64,000 nt of DNA from positions 2,848,001-2,912,000 of the forward strand of contig OY776510.1 of assembly GCA_963675665.1 (NCBI GenBank), in the 5' to 3' direction. Under the pieces are notes generated by a model. That model was not told where the DNA came from and searched no databases. It saw only the letters and a program-made list of their open reading frames with translations. Below are positions 48,470 through 57,819 of the stretch, in pieces. The position numbers were made by a program, and so were the translations under genes. Numbering within the stretch: position 1 is the first letter of the stretch; each line of letters opens with the position of its first letter. The stretch comes from Spirochaetia bacterium (GTDB lineage Bacteria; Spirochaetota; Spirochaetia; UBA9216).

Positions 48470-49936
48470 ATGATTGATGAAAAGCTGCCGGAGATAAACG
48501 GTAATGTAACATATTTTGTAGGAATAAAGGGTACCGGAATGACCGCTCTGGCCGAGATTTTTCGCGCCAGGGGTGCAATCGTAACCGGCTCGGACGTCAA
48601 AGACAAGTTTTATACCGATGATATTCTGCATGAGCTGGGAATACCGGTTTTTGAAGGTTTTTCAGAAGCCAACCTGCCGCATAGCACAAAGTTGCTTGTT
48701 TATTCGGCTGCTTATTCGCCAGATGAACACCCCGAGATTATTAAAGCCAGGGGGCTGGGAATAGATATTTTATCATATGCCGAAGCCCTCGGTCGTCTCT
48801 CCGGAGAGAGTGTTTCCGCGGGTATCTCGGGTGTTCACGGGAAAACAACTACTACGGCAATTGCCGGTACGGTTTTCAAGGAGTTTGATCTTCCGTTTTC
48901 AGTTATGACCGGTTCCGCCGCTGCAAATTTCGGCGGCAAGTCGACACTGGTTAAGGGGCATAAATATTTTATAGCTGAGACCTGCGAATACAAACGCCAT
49001 TTTCTTAATTTTCATCCCGACTATCTGGTTATTACAAGTATTGAGGCCGACCATCTTGATTATTTCTGTGACCTTGATGATGTAATAGGCGCATTTGTAG
49101 AATATGCGGAGCGGCTTCCAAAGAAGGGAACTTTGATTTATTGCGCGGATGACGCCGGAACTTTGAAAGCCGTCGGGATAATCGGGGTAAAAAGGCCTGA
49201 TCTTGTTATGGTTCCGTACGGTTTTAAAGCCGACGGCGATTTCAGAATCACCGGTTACGAACAGCTTTCCGGTGAACAAAGGTTTTTTGTAAAAAAATTC
49301 GGTGAGCGCGAATTTATTATAAAAGTTCCCGGGAGGCACAATATTCTAAACAGCACAGCAGCCGCTGCTTTGCTCCAGTCTATCCTTTTTCGCGAAGGAA
49401 TCAATACCGATTCTTACGACGGAATTGCAAAGGGGCTTGCCGGTTTCAGGGGAACCAAAAGGCGAAGTGAATTGATAGGCGAATCCGAAGGTATCCTGAT
49501 AATGGATGACTACGGGCACCATCCGGGAGCGATAAAAACAACCCTTGCAGGTCTGCGTGATTTCTACCCCGACAGAAGGATTGTTGTAGATTTTATGAGC
49601 CATACCTATTCAAGGACAGAAGCGCTTCTTGATGATTTTGCCGTTTCTTTCGGTTCGGCCGACGTTGTTCTTCTGCATAAAATCTACGCGTCGGCGCGGG
49701 AAAAGGCCGGAAATATTTCCGGACGAGATCTATACGACAGGGTAGCCGAGCAGCATGATGCTGTGTATTACTACGAAGAGGTTATGGATTCGCTCGATTT
49801 TATCAGTAAAGTGCTCAAACCAGGCGATTTATTTATTACCATGGGGGCCGGGGACAACTGGAAGCTCGGTCTGCGGCTGTTTGAAAAATTAAATCATAAT
49901 AAACCCAATCTTCAAAAACAGGGATGTGTAGAATGA
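48470..49936 (+). CDS. murC: UDP-N-acetylmuramate--L-alanine ligase
   Basis: GIKGTGM, GVHGKTTTT, ETCEY and DDYGHHP. Confidence 0.95.
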   Translation: MIDEKLPEINGNVTYFVGIKGTGMTALAEIFRARGAIVTGSDVKDKFYTDDILHELGIPVFEGFSEANLPHSTKLLVYSAAYSPDEHPEIIKARGLGIDILSYAEALGRLSGESVSAGISGVHGKTTTTAIAGTVFKEFDLPFSVMTGSAAANFGGKSTLVKGHKYFIAETCEYKRHFLNFHPDYLVITSIEADHLDYFCDLDDVIGAFVEYAERLPKKGTLIYCADDAGTLKAVGIIGVKRPDLVMVPYGFKADGDFRITGYEQLSGEQRFFVKKFGEREFIIKVPGRHNILNSTAAAALLQSILFREGINTDSYDGIAKGLAGFRGTKRRSELIGESEGILIMDDYGHHPGAIKTTLAGLRDFYPDRRIVVDFMSHTYSRTEALLDDFAVSFGSADVVLLHKIYASAREKAGNISGRDLYDRVAEQHDAVYYYEEVMDSLDFISKVLKPGDLFITMGAGDNWKLGLRLFEKLNHNKPNLQKQGCVE

Positions 49937-50799
49937 AAAGTATGACCGGTTACGGTTACGCAGAATACCAGGATGAAAAAATTCATCTTATTCTCGAAAT
50001 GAAATCCTATAACAACCGTTATCTCGATATAATAATAAACCAGCCGGTTTTTCTGAATTCTCTTGAATCGGAAATCAGAAAATATATCAGTGATAACGCC
50101 GAACGCGGAAGGGTTGAACTTTATCTCCGTGTGCGCGAGCTCGAAGAAGATGTTAAAGTGCACATTGATAAAAGCGCCGCTTCTTCGTATGCGGAAGCGC
50201 TTAGGCAGTTGTCCAAAGCCGCCGGCATAGAAGAGAACGTCGGTCTCTCCCATATTCTTTCGTTCGAAGGGGTTCTAAAAACAGAAAAGAACAGGGATAT
50301 CGACGAGTACCGCACGAAAATAATGCCTCTGCTGGATTCATGTATGAGTCAATGGAACGAATCGAGACTGAAAGAAGGTCTTGAGACTGAAGCGCATATT
50401 AAATCAAATATTGATATAATTTACAATGCTCTTGAAGTGTTTGAACTGAATGCCGGACAGATGGAAGAAAACATTAAAACAAATATTAAAAACAAATTCG
50501 CGGAGGTTATAGGCGATTCCGTCGATGAACAGAGGGTGCTTGCCGAAACGGCGGTTCTGCTGGTCAAGTATTCCATAAGTGAAGAAATATCAAGGTTGAA
50601 GGGACATCTTGACTCATTTCTGAAGTCCGTTGAATCCGGTGAAGCAGCAGGAAAAAAGCTGGATTTTATCTGTCAGGAAATAAATCGTGAAGTAAACACA
50701 ATCGGCTCAAAATCGGTAATAATGCAGGTTAACCAGACGGTTGTTGAAGTTAAAGACAGCCTTGAAAACATTCGTGAACAATTGAGGAATGTGGAATAA
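49933..50799 (+). CDS. yicC: YicC/YloC family endoribonuclease
   Basis: MKSMTGYG and GKKLDFICQEINREVNTIGSK. Confidence 0.95.
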   Translation: MKSMTGYGYAEYQDEKIHLILEMKSYNNRYLDIIINQPVFLNSLESEIRKYISDNAERGRVELYLRVRELEEDVKVHIDKSAASSYAEALRQLSKAAGIEENVGLSHILSFEGVLKTEKNRDIDEYRTKIMPLLDSCMSQWNESRLKEGLETEAHIKSNIDIIYNALEVFELNAGQMEENIKTNIKNKFAEVIGDSVDEQRVLAETAVLLVKYSISEEISRLKGHLDSFLKSVESGEAAGKKLDFICQEINREVNTIGSKSVIMQVNQTVVEVKDSLENIREQLRNVE

Positions 50800-50800
50800 A

Positions 50801-51328
50801 ATGAAAAAAGGACTGAAAATCGCCATTTCCGGTAAAAGCGGATGCGGAAACTCAACCGTAAGCAGTATTGTAGCCGAAAAGCTTGGTTTCGAGATGATTA
50901 ATTTTACATTCCGCCAGCTTGCTGAAGAAAAAAAGATCGAATTCAGGGAACTTTGCAGAATCGCAATGAAAGATTTTTCATATGACCGCGAGCTTGACCG
51001 CAGGCAGGTTGAGATGGCAAGCCGCGGCAACTGTGTGCTCGGAAGCCGGTTAGCTGTATGGATGCTGAAAGATGCCGATTTGAAAATCTTTCTGAACGCC
51101 TCAACCGATACCCGGGCCGGCAGAATCAGGCAGCGGGAAGGCGGTCACGCCGAAGAAGTTCTTGCTGAAACAGAAAAAAGAGATCTTAACGATTCGGCAC
51201 GGTATAAAGAAATTTATAATATCGACAATAATGATTACGGTTTTGTTGATATTGTAATCAATGCCGACAGGCTGGACCAGTATCAGATAGCGGATATAAT
51301 AATAGCTGCCGCCAAGTCTTTACAGTAG
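50801..51328 (+). CDS. cmk: Cytidylate kinase (short, archaeal-like type)
   Basis: ISGKSGCGNST, LGSRLAVW and RD..D..RY..IY.ID. Confidence 0.82.
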   Translation: MKKGLKIAISGKSGCGNSTVSSIVAEKLGFEMINFTFRQLAEEKKIEFRELCRIAMKDFSYDRELDRRQVEMASRGNCVLGSRLAVWMLKDADLKIFLNASTDTRAGRIRQREGGHAEEVLAETEKRDLNDSARYKEIYNIDNNDYGFVDIVINADRLDQYQIADIIIAAAKSLQ

Positions 51329-51381
51329 TTGTAATTATTGATATATTGTGGTTTGAAATAGATAATATCAGGAGTATGTGA

Positions 51382-51573
51382 ATGATCCTACCTCTTTCAG
51401 AGCTTATCGACCTGCAGGAAGATGTTTATGCCTGCACATGCGCGATCATAAAAAGGGCTCAGCAGGTTACAGTAGCAGGCGATGAAGAGCTTGATAAAAA
51501 TAACGGCAAAGTCGTTTCAACCGCGATCAATCAGGTCTTAACAACCAAAGTTGAATACGCCATAGAGGACTAA
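51382..51573 (+). CDS. rpoZ: Probable RNA polymerase omega subunit (spirochaete type)
   Basis: 63 aa with a VY...KRA.Q...KVVSTA omega-like pattern. Synteny yicC-kinase-rpoZ, AGGAG RBS. Confidence 0.7.
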   Translation: MILPLSELIDLQEDVYACTCAIIKRAQQVTVAGDEELDKNNGKVVSTAINQVLTTKVEYAIED

Positions 51574-52616
51574 TGCCGGAAGAAACAACCGGAGTCGCAG
51601 CAACTGAAGCTGAATCGACTTCCGTTGTTATAACCAAGGTTAAAAAACCGAAGGTTAAAAAACCGAAGGTTAAAAAACCGAAGGTTAAAAAACCGAAGGT
51701 TAAAAAACCGAAGGTTTTACTGATCTTCGGGCCGACAGCAGTAGGAAAAACCGCACTGCTGGAAGCTCCTGTTTTTAAAAATTCAGAAATAATAAATGCC
51801 GACTCAATGCAGGTTTACCGGGGTATGGATATAGGTACGGCCAAGCCCGATGCGGCCTTTCTGTCGCGGGTAAAGCATCACCTTATTGATATTCGCGGGC
51901 CTGGCGAACAGTTTCATGCCGGAGATTTTGTTGAGCTGGCCGACAGGCTTGTAACAGAAATAATCGGGCGGGGCAGGCTTCCCGTTATCTGCGGCGGAAC
52001 GGGTTTCTATTTTAAAAACTTCATCTACGGCCTGCCGGATGCCCCGCCGTCGGATGAGCTGATTCGTAAACGGCTGCAGGCGGAGCTGGACGCGGGGGGA
52101 GCTGAAAGTCTGGTGAAAAGGCTTGAAAAGGCGGACCCCGTATCAGCCGCCAGGATAAACAAAAACGATAATTACAGGATTCTCAGGGCCCTTGAGGTAT
52201 TTGAGGTTTCGGGACGCCCGCTTTCCGAATACAGGATTCCATCAAAGCCCCGTGCAGAGTACGACTGCCTTCTTGTCGGGTTGAACCGCGAGCGTGAAGA
52301 GCTGTATAAACGGATAAATCAGCGTGTTGATATAATGTTTGCAGAAGGTCTTGAGATTGAAGTCTCGCGTCTGAGGGCGGAAGGCTGCAATGAAACGTAC
52401 CCCGGAATGAAGGGAATCGGTTACCGCGAGTTTTTTACAGCCGAAAAAGAAGGTTTGACGAGGGAGCGGCTTGCAGAACTGATTAAACGTAATTCGAGAC
52501 ATTACGCAAAAAGACAGATTACATGGTTCGGTCAGCTTGAAGGAATAAACTGGTTCAGCCCTGATGATATTGACGGAATCAGTGCCTGCGTTAAGAATTT
52601 TTTATCCGGCAGCTGA
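51573..52616 (+). CDS. miaA: tRNA dimethylallyltransferase
   Basis: GPTAVGKT, INADSMQVYRGMDIGTAKP, GGTGFY and YAKRQITW. Confidence 0.96.
   Translation: MPEETTGVAATEAESTSVVITKVKKPKVKKPKVKKPKVKKPKVKKPKVLLIFGPTAVGKTALLEAPVFKNSEIINADSMQVYRGMDIGTAKPDAAFLSRVKHHLIDIRGPGEQFHAGDFVELADRLVTEIIGRGRLPVICGGTGFYFKNFIYGLPDAPPSDELIRKRLQAELDAGGAESLVKRLEKADPVSAARINKNDNYRILRALEVFEVSGRPLSEYRIPSKPRAEYDCLLVGLNREREELYKRINQRVDIMFAEGLEIEVSRLRAEGCNETYPGMKGIGYREFFTAEKEGLTRERLAELIKRNSRHYAKRQITWFGQLEGINWFSPDDIDGISACVKNFLSGS
51636..51716 (+). repeat. In-frame 15-bp tandem repeat (5.4 copies) in miaA
   Basis: (AAGGTTAAAAAACCG)x5 + AAGGTT, encoding (KVKKP)5KV. Confidence 0.97.
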
Positions 52617-52624
52617 CCTTTTTT

Positions 52625-53182
52625 TCAGGAACCTTTCTCTTCAGAAAAAACAACAGCTGAAAATATCTCGATCTTCGTTGCCGGGTCTTTCCATGCATCT
52701 TTCGGCAGTCCGGCCTTCATGCAGGTGTGCTGCACAAAGGTGTCGCGGTCCCAACCCTGTTCGGTTGCGACCTGGGGCAGCAGCACTCCGGAACTGAACC
52801 CCCTGGTCATAAAGATACCGTGAACGCCTGTTTTTATTTCCGATATATCGGTAATTTCACGAAGAGGCGATAGAACGGAGATTTCAATATGAATACGGTT
52901 GAATTCTTCAGGTCTTAAAGCCGGGAACCGGGGATCGTCGAATGCTGCCGCATGCGCCATCGATGTAACGGTATCTATAAGGGGGCGTCGTCCGATGATA
53001 TTGCCTATACAGCCGCGGAGCATACCGCTGCTGTGAAGCGTTACAAAAGCGCCGCAAACCTGCCGAAGGTTTGCGGTCGGCGCCGGAAACTCTACCGGCC
53101 CCAGATCCAGATCTGATTTGATTTTTTCTCTGGCAGTTACAAGCAGTATTCGTTTTTCTTCCCCCGATAGGTTGAAATCCAT
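52625..53182 (-). CDS. amrA: AmmeMemoRadiSam system protein A (AMMECR1 domain)
   Basis: GAFVTL..LRGCIG, AAFDDPRF, EISVLS and GVLLPQVA. Confidence 0.92.
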   Translation of the reverse strand: MDFNLSGEEKRILLVTAREKIKSDLDLGPVEFPAPTANLRQVCGAFVTLHSSGMLRGCIGNIIGRRPLIDTVTSMAHAAAFDDPRFPALRPEEFNRIHIEISVLSPLREITDISEIKTGVHGIFMTRGFSSGVLLPQVATEQGWDRDTFVQHTCMKAGLPKDAWKDPATKIEIFSAVVFSEEKGS

Positions 53183-53207
53183 AATAATTCCTCCCTGAAA
53201 AGGCTGT

Positions 53208-54605
53208 TCAGTCGATGTCCATCATTCTGTTTAGTCTTTCCTGATCAAGTATAACAGATAAATTCTTTTCCTGTGTAGGAATAACCAGGCCTTTTAGTCC
53301 GTCTTTTGCGCGCCTGAGATATTTTACCTGGGTATAGTATAATTCGCCCCTGCCTGAATTGCGTCCTTTACTGTAGAACAGCGCGAGATTTCCGGCATCA
53401 AGAAGGATATCGAGCGGGACCGACTTTCCCTTTATGGTTTTGATAAAAACATATCCGCCCGGATAATCTCTTGTATGAAGCCAAAGATCATTTCCGCGCA
53501 TGAATTTTCGTAAAAGGGTATCATTTTCAGAAGAACTTCGACCAACCAGAATTGTGTATATGCCTGACCTGTAGCTGAGTCCAGGCGGTTTTTCTTTCTC
53601 GTCTTCCCGGCTGGGTTTCGGAACTGATTCTATAAACGATTTAAGGACTTCAAGGCTTTCTTCCTTCTCAACCTGCAGCCTGTCGGCTTCAATGTTTTTA
53701 AGCATAAGTCGGTGGTTCTTCAGATCTTCTTCCACTTTTTCGACCCCGGATTTTGCCTTGCGGTATCGTGTGTAATATTTTTCTGCATTCTTTTCAGGGC
53801 TGAGGGTGGGATTAAGTTCTATCTGTATCTCTTCGTTATCCGAATAATAGTTATTTACGGTTACCCATTTATCTCCGCGGCTGACAAGATGAATATTACT
53901 CATCAGCAGATCTCCGGTTTGTTTATATGCTTCAAACTGCTCATACTGTCCCGATTTTTTCTCAAGCTTGTCGAGAGTTGAGCGAATACGGGCCTCATCC
54001 GAGGCTATCCTGCGAAGGGCTTTTTCACGAAACCGCAACAACTCGGAATCATGCTCGTTTGAGCTGTAAAACTCATTGATTTTTTCGTTAAACGAACCGC
54101 TGCCGGGAAGTTCCCTTATGCTGAATTCCCTGGCAGAAGGTTTTGCCCCGGGCAGCACGAAACTGCCGCCTGAAACCTCACCGCGGGCGGGCCTGCGGTA
54201 AAAAGCGTCATGTACGTTGCCTTCGGAATCGGCGGCTATGATATTGGCGGCGCCGCTCCAGAGTCTGAACCAGAGAACAATCTCTTCGCCTGCCCGAAGA
54301 ATATCCATCCTGACGATTCTGTCGTTATTTATCTGTTTTAATGATATTACTCTTCCGCCCCTGACTCTTGATCTCATAAACTGTGCAAACCGCTGCAGTT
54401 TAATTTCATTGGCGGGTGCCGCCGGTACAAGATGAAGACGAGTTCTCCCGGGCGCCAGGCATACAATAATGCCGAAACGTCCTCCCGGCTTGTAAAACTC
54501 AAGATACAGGGTGTGGAAATTAGGCTGTTTGATCTTTTGCAGATGAGCGCCTTCAATATCAAGCTCACCAAGGACCGCATCAATTTCTTTATGGTTTAGT
54601 GACAT
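53208..54605 (-). CDS. rqcH: NFACT/RqcH (FbpA-like) ribosome quality-control protein
   Basis: NDRIV, NAEKYY.RY.KAK, VGRSSSEND and LWLHTRDYPG. Confidence 0.88.
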   Translation of the reverse strand: MSLNHKEIDAVLGELDIEGAHLQKIKQPNFHTLYLEFYKPGGRFGIIVCLAPGRTRLHLVPAAPANEIKLQRFAQFMRSRVRGGRVISLKQINNDRIVRMDILRAGEEIVLWFRLWSGAANIIAADSEGNVHDAFYRRPARGEVSGGSFVLPGAKPSAREFSIRELPGSGSFNEKINEFYSSNEHDSELLRFREKALRRIASDEARIRSTLDKLEKKSGQYEQFEAYKQTGDLLMSNIHLVSRGDKWVTVNNYYSDNEEIQIELNPTLSPEKNAEKYYTRYRKAKSGVEKVEEDLKNHRLMLKNIEADRLQVEKEESLEVLKSFIESVPKPSREDEKEKPPGLSYRSGIYTILVGRSSSENDTLLRKFMRGNDLWLHTRDYPGGYVFIKTIKGKSVPLDILLDAGNLALFYSKGRNSGRGELYYTQVKYLRRAKDGLKGLVIPTQEKNLSVILDQERLNRMMDID

Positions 54606-54616
54606 ACTTCCGGATT

Positions 54617-55171
54617 CTATACAGACATCCGGCTCTTTTCAACAGCAGAATAAAAACTATCCAGATCTTTTTCCGAGAAGAAAACAAGGATTACTTCGCG
54701 GGGAAGGCTGTTATTTCTGAGGTGATCAAGTATGGTTTCATAAGCTATAACAGCGGCCAGCTTTTTGGGAAAGCCGTAAATTCCGGTTGATATTGCAGGA
54801 AAAGCAATTGTCTTGATTCCGGTTTCCGACGCAAGGTTGAGAGAATTTCGGTAAGCGTCGGCAAGGGTTTCACGTTCGTTTGTTTTACCGCCGTGCCAGA
54901 TTGGCCCTACTGTATGGATTACATATTTTGCCGGCATATTACCTGCGGTTGTAAGAACTGCTTTTCCGGGAGGAAGTCCGTCGGGATAACGGTGGGTGCG
55001 AATGTCCCTGCATTCGGCAAGAATTAAGGGCCCCCCGGCCCTGTGGATTGCTCCGTCAACGCCTCCTCCGCCAAGAAGGCTCGAATTGGCGGCATTTACT
55101 ACCGCATCAACGTCCATGGAAGTTAAATCACCGGTTAGAACCTTTAACCGGTCCGGGAATTTCTTCTCCAT
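54617..55171 (-). CDS. Macrodomain O-acetyl-ADP-ribose deacetylase (YmdB-like)
   Basis: GDLT, VNAANSSLLGGGGVDGAIH, VIHTVGP and PAISTGIYGFP. Confidence 0.95.
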   Translation of the reverse strand: MEKKFPDRLKVLTGDLTSMDVDAVVNAANSSLLGGGGVDGAIHRAGGPLILAECRDIRTHRYPDGLPPGKAVLTTAGNMPAKYVIHTVGPIWHGGKTNERETLADAYRNSLNLASETGIKTIAFPAISTGIYGFPKKLAAVIAYETILDHLRNNSLPREVILVFFSEKDLDSFYSAVEKSRMSV

Positions 55172-55256
55172 TGAATCCTCCGGTTAATAATGATAGAGGT
55201 GTTTTCAATATATGTCCAATTAATTCGGATTTAACCGGATATAACCGAACGATGAT

Positions 55257-56315
55257 TTATTCCTGAAGCTCCTTCATTGCAGCAAGAAGCGTGTTCATAT
55301 CCGCATCGGTGCCTATAGTAATTCTTACAAAATCGGAAATACCCGGGAAGTTAAAAAATCGTACGAGTATTTTACGGTCCCTGAGTCTTGAATAGATTTC
55401 TTTTCCGGTAAGTCCGTTTCGGCGTGTAAAAACAAAATTTGCAGCGGAAGGCAGAACCTCCCATCCGAGAGCTTCGGCTTCAGCGGTAAACCTTTTCCTG
55501 GTTGCTATTATTCTTCTGATTACCGATTCAGAGTATTCTCTGTCCCGTACAGCCAGCTCGCCGCATTTCTGTGCCATGAAATCAACCGGGTATGAATTAA
55601 ATGAATCTTTAACGGTTGTAAGAGCATTAATAAGTTTTTCATTTCCAAGCGCATAGCCGAGACGAAGTCCTGCAAGCGATGAACTTTTTGAGAAGGTTCT
55701 TACAACCAGAAGATTATCATAAGCGCTGATAAGTTTTACGGCAGATTCACCGCCGAATGCGATATACGCTTCATCGATAGCAACAAGCCTGTCTTTTCTG
55801 AAGCCGTCGAGAAGTCTTTTTATTTCCGGGAGGGGCAGGCCGATGCCGGTAGGGGCGTTCGGGTTAGGAATAATCAGTCCTGCCGTATCTTCCCGAAGAT
55901 AATCATCAATGCAGATTGAGAAATCCTTATGCAAGCCGATTTTTTCAAAGGGAATATTATAAAAGCCCGAATAAACCGGATAGAACGAATATGTGAATTC
56001 AGGAAACAGCAGCGGCCCGTTTTTTCCGTCGAAAAAACCGAAAAACACAAACGAAAGAACTTCGTCCGAGCCGTTGCCGATAAAAACATTTTTAGGACTT
56101 ACATCTTCATGCTCGGCAATTGCTTCACGAAGAAGCGATGATGTAGGTTCAGGGTACAGCCTGAGTTTATTAATATCGATTGAGGACAGAAATTCCTTTA
56201 TCCTGGGTGTAGGCGGATATGGATTTTCGTTTGTGTTGAGTTTTATATATTCTCCGTCCCGGGGCTGTTCGCCCGGAACATAGGGGCTGAGGTTCGTCAT
56301 TCGTTCTGAAAGCAT
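55257..56315 (-). CDS. hisC: Histidinol-phosphate aminotransferase
   Basis: PYVPGEQP, KLNTNENPY, GNGSDE, NPNAPTG, DEAY and RTFSKS..LAGLRLG. Confidence 0.93.
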   Translation of the reverse strand: MLSERMTNLSPYVPGEQPRDGEYIKLNTNENPYPPTPRIKEFLSSIDINKLRLYPEPTSSLLREAIAEHEDVSPKNVFIGNGSDEVLSFVFFGFFDGKNGPLLFPEFTYSFYPVYSGFYNIPFEKIGLHKDFSICIDDYLREDTAGLIIPNPNAPTGIGLPLPEIKRLLDGFRKDRLVAIDEAYIAFGGESAVKLISAYDNLLVVRTFSKSSSLAGLRLGYALGNEKLINALTTVKDSFNSYPVDFMAQKCGELAVRDREYSESVIRRIIATRKRFTAEAEALGWEVLPSAANFVFTRRNGLTGKEIYSRLRDRKILVRFFNFPGISDFVRITIGTDADMNTLLAAMKELQE

Positions 56316-56433
56316 GATCTTCTCCAATAAAAAGTATCCGCCATGGATGGCTGTTAGTGAGGTGAAGTTTGCATGCGTAGCTGGCAAACTTCAAAATGAT
56401 AAAATAACATGGACGTTATTTTATCATTCCTCC
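56316..56433 (-). repeat. Dispersed structured leader element, copy 5 (upstream of hisC)
   Basis: Minus strand reads GGAGG-AATGATAAAATAAC-GTCCAT-GTTATTTTATCATT-TTGAAGTTTGC...GCAAACTTCA-CCTC-...GCCATCCATGGC-GGATAC-TTTTTATTGGAG-AAGATC-ATG. Confidence 0.85.
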
Positions 56434-56492
56434 AAATAAACTGTATGGCACAGAATATCTTAAGCGGCGGAAAATGTCAGCTCCATAAAGAC

Positions 56493-56522
56493 AAAAAAAT
56501 CCCCGAACGGGTAATTCGGGGA
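56493..56522 (-). terminator. Intrinsic terminator after trpB
   Basis: TCCCCGAA-CGGGTAA-TTCGGGGA stem with A7 on the + strand. Confidence 0.8.
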
Positions 56523-56571
56523 AAGCAGTTGTCCTGCTGCTGGTGTAAAATATTTAACAAAAAGGAGTTAG

Positions 56572-57768
56572 TTATCTGACTCCGTAATTATCAACTATAA
56601 AATCAATATCCTTGTCTCCGCGTCCGCTGAGGTTTACCAGGATTGATTCTCTTGGTTTTTCCTTGGCAAGTTTCATGGCGTAGGCAAGGGCATGAGCGCT
56701 TTCAAGGGCCGGAATAATTCCTTCTTTTCTGCTGAGTGTGTAGAATGCATCGAGGCAGTCTTCATCCGAAGCGGTTACGTATTCGACTTTGCTCTTGTCT
56801 TTAAGCATTGAATGCTCGGGGCCTACTCCCGGATAATCAAGACCGCTTGCAATTGAATATACAGGGGACGGGTCGCCGTTTTCTTCCTGGAGAAGATAGC
56901 ATTTGAAACCATGGATAATTCCGGGTTTTCCGTAGGTAATGGTAGACGCGTGGTCGCCGGGTTTAAATGATCTTCCTGAAGGTTCAACTCCGTAGAGCGT
57001 AGTTTCTTCATCATCAAGGAATGCCGAGAAAAGTCCCATGGCGTTGCTTCCGCCGCCGACGCAGGCTACTATATTGTCCGGAAGTTCTCCGGTCATTTCA
57101 AAAAACTGTTCCCGGGCTTCAATGCCGACAACACGCTGAAAATCTCTGACCATCATCGGAAACGGATGCGGGCCGACTACCGAACCTATACAATAGATGG
57201 TGGATATCGGGTCTTTAAGATACGCCTGGAAAGCGGAGTCAACAGCTTCCTTGAGCGTTTTCAGTCCGTGTGATACCGGGACGACTTCTGCTCCGAGAAG
57301 TTTCATTCTGATGACATTCGGATGTTCCTTTACTATATCTACTTCACCCATGTGAATTTCACATTCAAGTCCGAAATAAGCCGCGGCTGTAGCAAGAGCA
57401 ACCCCGTGCTGACCTGCGCCTGTTTCCGCTATAAGTTTTTTCTTGCCCATATATTTTGCAAGAAGGGCCTCTCCCATGCAGTGATTGAGTTTATGGGCCC
57501 CTGTATGGTTTAAATCTTCTCTTTTCAGGTATATTCTTCCGCCGAGTTCATCTGAAAGTGTTTTTGCAAAGTACACCGGAGTAGGACGTCCCTGAAAATG
57601 TTTTCTGATGTTTCTCAATTCTGAAATGAATTGATGTGATTTGCTGATTGAATAATAAGCATCAGTAATTTTATCCATTTCTCCCTGGAGTTCGGGAGGT
57701 ATATAACTGCCGCCGTATTCACCGAAATTCCCGTTAGCATCAGGAAAAGTTTTGAAATAATTGTTCAT
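56572..57768 (-). CDS. trpB: Tryptophan synthase beta chain (stand-alone)
   Basis: [39 protein letters not shown] and LSGRGDKD. Confidence 0.96.
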   Translation of the reverse strand: MNNYFKTFPDANGNFGEYGGSYIPPELQGEMDKITDAYYSISKSHQFISELRNIRKHFQGRPTPVYFAKTLSDELGGRIYLKREDLNHTGAHKLNHCMGEALLAKYMGKKKLIAETGAGQHGVALATAAAYFGLECEIHMGEVDIVKEHPNVIRMKLLGAEVVPVSHGLKTLKEAVDSAFQAYLKDPISTIYCIGSVVGPHPFPMMVRDFQRVVGIEAREQFFEMTGELPDNIVACVGGGSNAMGLFSAFLDDEETTLYGVEPSGRSFKPGDHASTITYGKPGIIHGFKCYLLQEENGDPSPVYSIASGLDYPGVGPEHSMLKDKSKVEYVTASDEDCLDAFYTLSRKEGIIPALESAHALAYAMKLAKEKPRESILVNLSGRGDKDIDFIVDNYGVR

Positions 57769-57819
57769 ATCGCGTTTCTCCTTGTAGTAACGACATGATA
57801 CAACGACATTATGTTTCTG

